Below, piece after piece: positions 58,827 to 64,000 of a stretch of 64,000 bases of DNA. The stretch's first letter is position 1, and each line of letters begins with the position of its first letter. The notes below the pieces were generated by a model. It did no database searches and had not been told where the DNA came from. It was given only the letters and a program-made list of their open reading frames with translations. A program made the position numbers and the translations under genes. The stretch is taken from assembly GCF_022846255.1 (NCBI RefSeq), contig NZ_AP025682.1; one strand, written 5' to 3'. Source of the DNA: Escherichia coli. Lineage in GTDB: Bacteria > Pseudomonadota > Gammaproteobacteria > Enterobacterales > Enterobacteriaceae.

Positions 58827-60419
58827 ATGGCTCGACTCTTTACCCCTTCAGAATCAAAGTACTACCTGATGGCGCTGGATGCAGGCACCGGAAGTATTAG
58901 GGCTGTGATATTCGACCTGGAAGGCAATCAAATAGCCGTGGGACAGGCGGAGTGGCGGCACCTGGCAGTACCGGACGTTCCTGGTTCTATGGAATTTGAT
59001 CTCAACAAAAACTGGCAACTGGCGTGTGAGTGTATGCGCCAGGCGCTGCACAACGCCGGCATAGCCCCGGAGTATATCGCTGCCGTTTCGGCATGTTCGA
59101 TGCGCGAAGGCATTGTTTTATATAACAATGAAGGAACACCGATCTGGGCCTGCGCCAATGTGGATGCCAGAGCGGCACGCGAAGTTAGCGAACTTAAAGA
59201 ACTGCACAACAATACCTTTGAAAACGAAGTTTATCGAGCGACCGGGCAAACGCTGGCTTTAAGCGCCATCCCCAGATTACTTTGGCTGGCGCACCATCGT
59301 TCCGATATTTACCGTCAGGCATCAACCATCACCATGATCAGCGACTGGCTGGCCTATATGCTCAGCGGCGAACTTGCGGTGGATCCCTCTAACGCTGGCA
59401 CCACGGGACTTCTTGATCTAACCACCCGTGACTGGAAACCTGCATTGCTGGATATGGCTGGCCTGCGTGCCGATATTCTTTCTCCTGTCAAAGAAACCGG
59501 CACATTGCTGGGTGTGGTAAGTTCACAAGCGGCGGAACTCTGCGGTCTGAAGGCGGGCACTCCGGTGGTCGTTGGAGGAGGTGACGTGCAGCTTGGTTGC
59601 CTGGGGTTAGGCGTTGTACGTCCGGCACAAACCGCGGTTCTTGGCGGCACATTCTGGCAGCAAGTTGTAAACTTAGCCGCGCCGGTGACAGACCCAGAAA
59701 TGAACGTGCGCGTTAATCCCCATGTTATTCCTGGCATGGTACAAGCTGAATCTATAAGCTTTTTTACCGGACTCACCATGCGCTGGTTCCGCGATGCTTT
59801 CTGTGCCGAAGAAAAACTGATTGCCGAACGTTTAGGCATCGACACCTATACGCTGCTGGAAGAGATGGCCAGTCGGGTGCCGCCTGGGTCGTGGGGCGTA
59901 ATGCCGATATTCTCCGACAGAATGCGCTTTAAAACCTGGTATCACGCTGCGCCTTCCTTTATTAACTTGTCCATTGACCCGGATAAATGTAACAAAGCGA
60001 CATTGTTCCGTGCGCTGGAAGAAAATGCGGCGATTGTATCAGCGTGTAACTTACAGCAAATTGCTGATTTCTCGAATATTCATCCCACCTCGCTGGTTTT
60101 TGCTGGCGGAGGTTCAAAAGGGAAATTATGGAGTCAAATTCTCGCTGATGTCTCGGGATTACCCGTCAATATTCCGGTGGTCAAAGAAGCCACTGCATTA
60201 GGATGTGCCATTGCAGCTGGCGTCGGTGCCGGAATTTTTTCATCAATGGCAGAAACCGGAGAACGCCTGGTTCGCTGGGAACGGACGCACACACCAGACC
60301 CGGAAAAGCATGAACTTTATCAGGATTCACGCGATAAGTGGCAGGCAGTTTATCAGGATCAGCTGGGGCTGGTTGATCATGGACTGACGACGTCGTTATG
60401 GAAAGCGCCAGGGTTATAG
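58827..60419 (+). CDS. lsrK: autoinducer-2 kinase LsrK (FGGY family)
   Basis: 530 aa, FGGY carbohydrate kinase family. Confidence 0.92.
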   Translation: MARLFTPSESKYYLMALDAGTGSIRAVIFDLEGNQIAVGQAEWRHLAVPDVPGSMEFDLNKNWQLACECMRQALHNAGIAPEYIAAVSACSMREGIVLYNNEGTPIWACANVDARAAREVSELKELHNNTFENEVYRATGQTLALSAIPRLLWLAHHRSDIYRQASTITMISDWLAYMLSGELAVDPSNAGTTGLLDLTTRDWKPALLDMAGLRADILSPVKETGTLLGVVSSQAAELCGLKAGTPVVVGGGDVQLGCLGLGVVRPAQTAVLGGTFWQQVVNLAAPVTDPEMNVRVNPHVIPGMVQAESISFFTGLTMRWFRDAFCAEEKLIAERLGIDTYTLLEEMASRVPPGSWGVMPIFSDRMRFKTWYHAAPSFINLSIDPDKCNKATLFRALEENAAIVSACNLQQIADFSNIHPTSLVFAGGGSKGKLWSQILADVSGLPVNIPVVKEATALGCAIAAGVGAGIFSSMAETGERLVRWERTHTPDPEKHELYQDSRDKWQAVYQDQLGLVDHGLTTSLWKAPGL

Positions 60420-60502
60420 TTTCATTGACAGCCACACCATGATGACCGTGGCTGTTAGTTTTTGAGTATTGGTATTCTCATTTCCCTTCTTTTAGAGCTG
60501 GC

Positions 60503-62800
60503 TTGTTAAATGCCAGCTTGCAGATTCATCGTTCCATCACCAGTACTATATTCAAGGGGAAATTGCTATTCACGCTGATCAATGCGCTCAAAGGCGATGG
60601 CTTGATGCGAGTGCAGCTGTCATCCTCCGACAAAATGTTTGGCTTTACCCATGCAGCAGGGACTGAATTCGCCGGTGTTGCCCAACTGAAAGCCAGTACC
60701 TTCGCACTGGAACGCGACAACACCGCTGCGCTTACTTACGCGATGCTGCAGTCTGACAGTGAAAATACCACATTGGTAAAAGTGGGAGAGCAATCCATTG
60801 GTGGACTAGCCATGAATGGCGGTACGCTCACGTTCGATACGGATATACCTGCTGCGACGCTTGCGGAGGGATATATCAGCGTCGATACGCTGGTTGTCGG
60901 CGCGGGTGACTACACCTGGAAAGGCCGTAACTATCAGGTAAACGGGACGGGCGACGTGCTTATCGACGTGCCTAAACCGTGGAATGATCCCATGGCGAAT
61001 AACCCTCTGACGACGCTCAATTTTATGGAACACGACGATAGCCATGTCGGCGTTCAACTGGTGAAGGCGCAAACGGTTATTGGATCGGGTGGTTCATTAA
61101 CGTTACGTGATTTACAGGGCGACGAGGTGGAAGCGGACAAAACGTTACATATTGCGCAAAACGGAACGGTGGTCGCCGAGGGTGATTATGGATTCCGACT
61201 CACGACCGCACCTGGTGATGGTTTGTATGTTAACTATGGGCTGAAAGCGCTGAACATCCATGGTGGGCAAAGCTGACGTTAGCCGAACATGGCGGAGCCT
61301 ATGGCGCAACGGCCGATATGTCGGCAAAAATCGGTGGCGAAGGGGATCTGGCAATCAATACGGTACGACAGGTTTCGCTTTCCAACGGTCAGAACGACTA
61401 TCAGGGGGCAACCTACGTTCAGATGGGGACATTACGTACCGATGCGGATGGCGCGCTGGGCAACACCCGGGAACTGAACATCAGCAACGCGGCCATCGTC
61501 GATCTTAATGGATCGACCCAGACGGTAGAGACATTCACCGGGCAAATGGGTTCGACTGTTTTGTTTAAAGAGGGGTCGCTGACGGTGAATAAAGGTGGGA
61601 TCAGTCAGGGCGAACTGACAGGTGGCGGAAACCTGAATGTTACAGGGGGAACACTGGCTATCGAGGGGCTTAATGCACGCTACAATGCGTTAACCAGCAT
61701 TAGCCCAAATGCGGAAGTCAGCCTCGATAATACGCAGGGGTTAGGCAGAGGAAATATTGCCAATGACGGTCTGTTAACGCTAAAAAATGTGACCGGCGAA
61801 CTGCGTAATAGCATAAGCGGGAAGGGTATCGTGAGCGCAACCGCCAGGACAGACGTAGAGCTGGATGGCGATAATAGCCGCTTTGTGGGGCAATTCAACA
61901 TATACCGGAAACAATGGCCTGATGACGTTCAACGCGACGCTGGGCGGCGATAATTCACCCACGGATAAAATGAACGTGAAAGGCGATACCCAAGGGAACA
62001 CTCGCGTTCGGGTTGATAACATTGGCGGCGTCGGTGCACAAACGGTCAACGGTATTGAACTCATTGAGGTTGGCGGTAATTCTGCAGGTAACTTCGCGCT
62101 GACCACCGGAACTGTCGAAGCTGGGGCTTACGTCTACACGCTGGCTAAAGGGAAGGGGAATGACGAGAAAAACTGGTATCTGACCAGTAAATGGGACGGC
62201 GTAACGCCACCGGATACACCAGATCCCATCAATAATCCTCCTCAGCTGGGCGCTGTATAACTGGTTTGATAACAGCGTCAGTTCCGATAACCGTTCTGCT
62301 GACGACTATGATTCTCGCGGTGTGACGGCCTCTGTTGAGGGTGGGTATACCTTTGACGGGGAACATTTAGTGGCAGCGAAGGGACGCTGAATACCTGGTA
62401 CGTCCAGCCACAGGTGCAAATCACCTGGATGGCTGTGAAAGATTCTGACCATACCCGGAAAGACGGAACACGCATTGAAACGGAAGGTGACGGAAACGTG
62501 CAAACGCGACTTGGGGTGAAAACCTACCTGAACAGTCATCACCAGCGTGACAATGGTAAACAGCGTGAGTTCCAGCCTTACATTGAAGCGAACTGGATCA
62601 ACAACAGCAAAGTCTACGCCGTGAAGATGAATGGTCAAACTGTAAGCCGTGATGGTGCGCGTAATCTCGGTGAAGTACGTACCGGGGTTGAGGCGAAAGT
62701 AAATCACAACCTTAGCCTGTGGGGGAATGTCGGTGTGCAACTAGGTGATAAAGGCTGTAGCGATACTCAGGGCATGCTGGGTGTGAAATATAGCTGGTAA
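60503..62800 (+). pseudogene. yneO: autotransporter adhesin remnant (yneO/ydeK-like), 5'-truncated and multiply frameshifted
   Basis: Four + strand track ORFs in different frames (60503..61276, 61318..61953, 61865..62260, 62414..62800); Gly/Asn-rich passenger-like repeats; last fragment ends ...LGVKYSW typical of autotransporter beta-barrels; no signal peptide at 5' end. Confidence 0.7.
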
Positions 62801-62808
62801 ACCGTATA

Positions 62809-62842
62809 AGCCGCATGTCGAAGATGCATGCGGCTTAATATT
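62809..62842 (+). terminator. stem-loop after the autotransporter remnant
   Basis: 9-bp stem AGCCGCATG/CATGCGGCT followed by TAATATT. Confidence 0.5.
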
Positions 62843-62875
62843 GCCGACTTCAAACGACTTTTAAATCCTCCTTTT

Positions 62876-62921
62876 TATCCGCGATCGCGGATATCACAGT
62901 GTTTATCCCGTAGAGCGGATA
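62876..62921. promoter_or_regulatory. two HipB operator palindromes (TATCC-N8-GGATA) upstream of hipB
   Basis: TATCCgcgatcgcGGATA (62876-62893) and TATCCcgtagagcGGATA (62904-62921), exact matches to the HipB operator consensus. Confidence 0.65.
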
Positions 62922-62942
62922 AATATGCTGTGGACGTATGAC

Positions 62943-63209
62943 ATGATGAGCTTTCAGAAGATCTATAGCCCAACGCAATTAGCGAATGCAATGAAACTGG
63001 TTCGTCAGCAAAATGGCTGGACGCAGAGCGAGCTGGCGAAAAAAATCGGTATTAAGCAGGCGACAATTTCCAATTTCGAAAACAACCCTGACAATACCAC
63101 GCTCACGACATTTTTTAAGATTTTACAGTCGCTTGAACTCTCAATGACGCTATGCGACACGAAAAATGCCTCGCCAGAATCAACAGAACAGCAAGATCTG
63201 GAGTGGTAA
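62943..63209 (+). CDS. hipB: antitoxin HipB (Xre-family HTH)
   Basis: 88 aa from MMSFQKIYSPTQLANAMKLV; track ORF starts 6 codons earlier. Confidence 0.9.
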   Translation: MMSFQKIYSPTQLANAMKLVRQQNGWTQSELAKKIGIKQATISNFENNPDNTTLTTFFKILQSLELSMTLCDTKNASPESTEQQDLEW

Positions 63210-64000
63210 TGCCTAAACTTGTCACTTGGATGAACAACCAGCGGGTAGGCGAGTTAACGAAGTTAGCCAATGGCGCGCACACCTTTAAGTATGCACCGGA
63301 GTGGTTAGCCAGCCGTTATGCCAGACCGTTGTCACTTTCGCTGCCATTGCAGAGGGGGAATATCACCTCTGATGCCGTATTTAACTTCTTCGATAACCTG
63401 TTACCCGATAGCCCGATTGTACGTGATCGGATCGTTAAACGTTATCATGCTAAATCCAGACAACCGTTTGATTTATTGTCAGAAATAGGGCGAGACAGCG
63501 TTGGTGCCGTAACGTTATTACCCGAAAATGAAACCATAACGCGCCCGATAATGGCATGGGAACAGCTCACTGAAGCCAGGCTTGAAGAAGTATTAACGGC
63601 TTATAAAGCAGATATCCCTCTGGGCATGATTAGAGAAGAAAATGACTTTCGCATCTCGGTTGCTGGCGCGCAGGAGAAGACAGCGCTGCTCAGAATAGGC
63701 AATGACTGGTGCATTCCGAAAGGAATAACGCCGACGACGCACATCATTAAATTACCGATTGGCGAAATCAGGCAGCCCAATGCGACGCTCGATCTCAGCC
63801 AAAGCGTTGATAATGAGTATTACTGTCTGCTGCTGGCGAAAGAACTTGGGTTGAATGTGCCGGACGCAGAAATCATTAAAGCGGGAAATGTGCGCGCGTT
63901 AGCGGTCGAACGTTTTGACAGGCGTTGGAATGCTGAGCGAACGGTTTTACTTCGCTTGCCACAGGAGGATATGTGTCAGACATTCGGTTTATATTCATCG
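63209..64000 (+). CDS. hipA: toxin kinase HipA, partial (3' end beyond window)
   Basis: ATG overlaps the hipB stop by 1 nt (TAATG); hand translation MPKLVTWMNNQRVGELTKLANGAHTFKYAPEWL recognised as HipA; open to window end. Confidence 0.9.
   Translation, partial: MPKLVTWMNNQRVGELTKLANGAHTFKYAPEWLASRYARPLSLSLPLQRGNITSDAVFNFFDNLLPDSPIVRDRIVKRYHAKSRQPFDLLSEIGRDSVGAVTLLPENETITRPIMAWEQLTEARLEEVLTAYKADIPLGMIREENDFRISVAGAQEKTALLRIGNDWCIPKGITPTTHIIKLPIGEIRQPNATLDLSQSVDNEYYCLLLAKELGLNVPDAEIIKAGNVRALAVERFDRRWNAERTVLLRLPQEDMCQTFGLYSS

Overview
This is almost certainly Escherichia coli or a very close relative, inferred from gene content and order, not from any database search. The window is collinear with the E. 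coli K-12 segment hipBA, lsr operon, tam, yneE, uxaB, dgcF, yneG, glsB, sad, yneJ, sotB, marCRAB, eamA, ydeE, mgtS/MgrR, dgcZ, dcp, ydfGHZIJ, rspBA, ynfAB, speG, ynfCD, ynfEFGH-dmsD, clcB, ynfK, mlc, ynfLM, asr, ydgUD, mdtIJ, tqsA, read here in the opposite orientation. Most of it is conserved core genome. Differences from K-12 as I remember it: (1) a roughly 6.2 kb, visibly AT-rich accessory island between eamA and marB carrying a GntR/HutC-type regulator, a lactose/cellobiose-family PTS (IIB, IIC, IIA), a LamB/ScrY/BglH-family sugar porin and a GH1 6-phospho-beta-glucosidase; the porin is split by a 5-bp TGACC repeat expansion. (2) ydfJ is intact and abuts rspB, so the Qin prophage is absent. 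(3) ydeI/ydeJ and yneK appear absent. Two small proteins below the ORF-track cutoff (mgtS 31 aa, ydgU 27 aa) and a probable MgrR sRNA locus were recovered by hand translation. No CRISPR array, integrase, transposase or IS element was seen. I found no convincing evidence of a wholly novel multi-gene system; the island and an orphan promoter/terminator unit between asr and ynfM are the best follow-up candidates. Coordinates of hand-located short motifs may be off by 1-2 nt; CDS coordinates are anchored to the ORF track.
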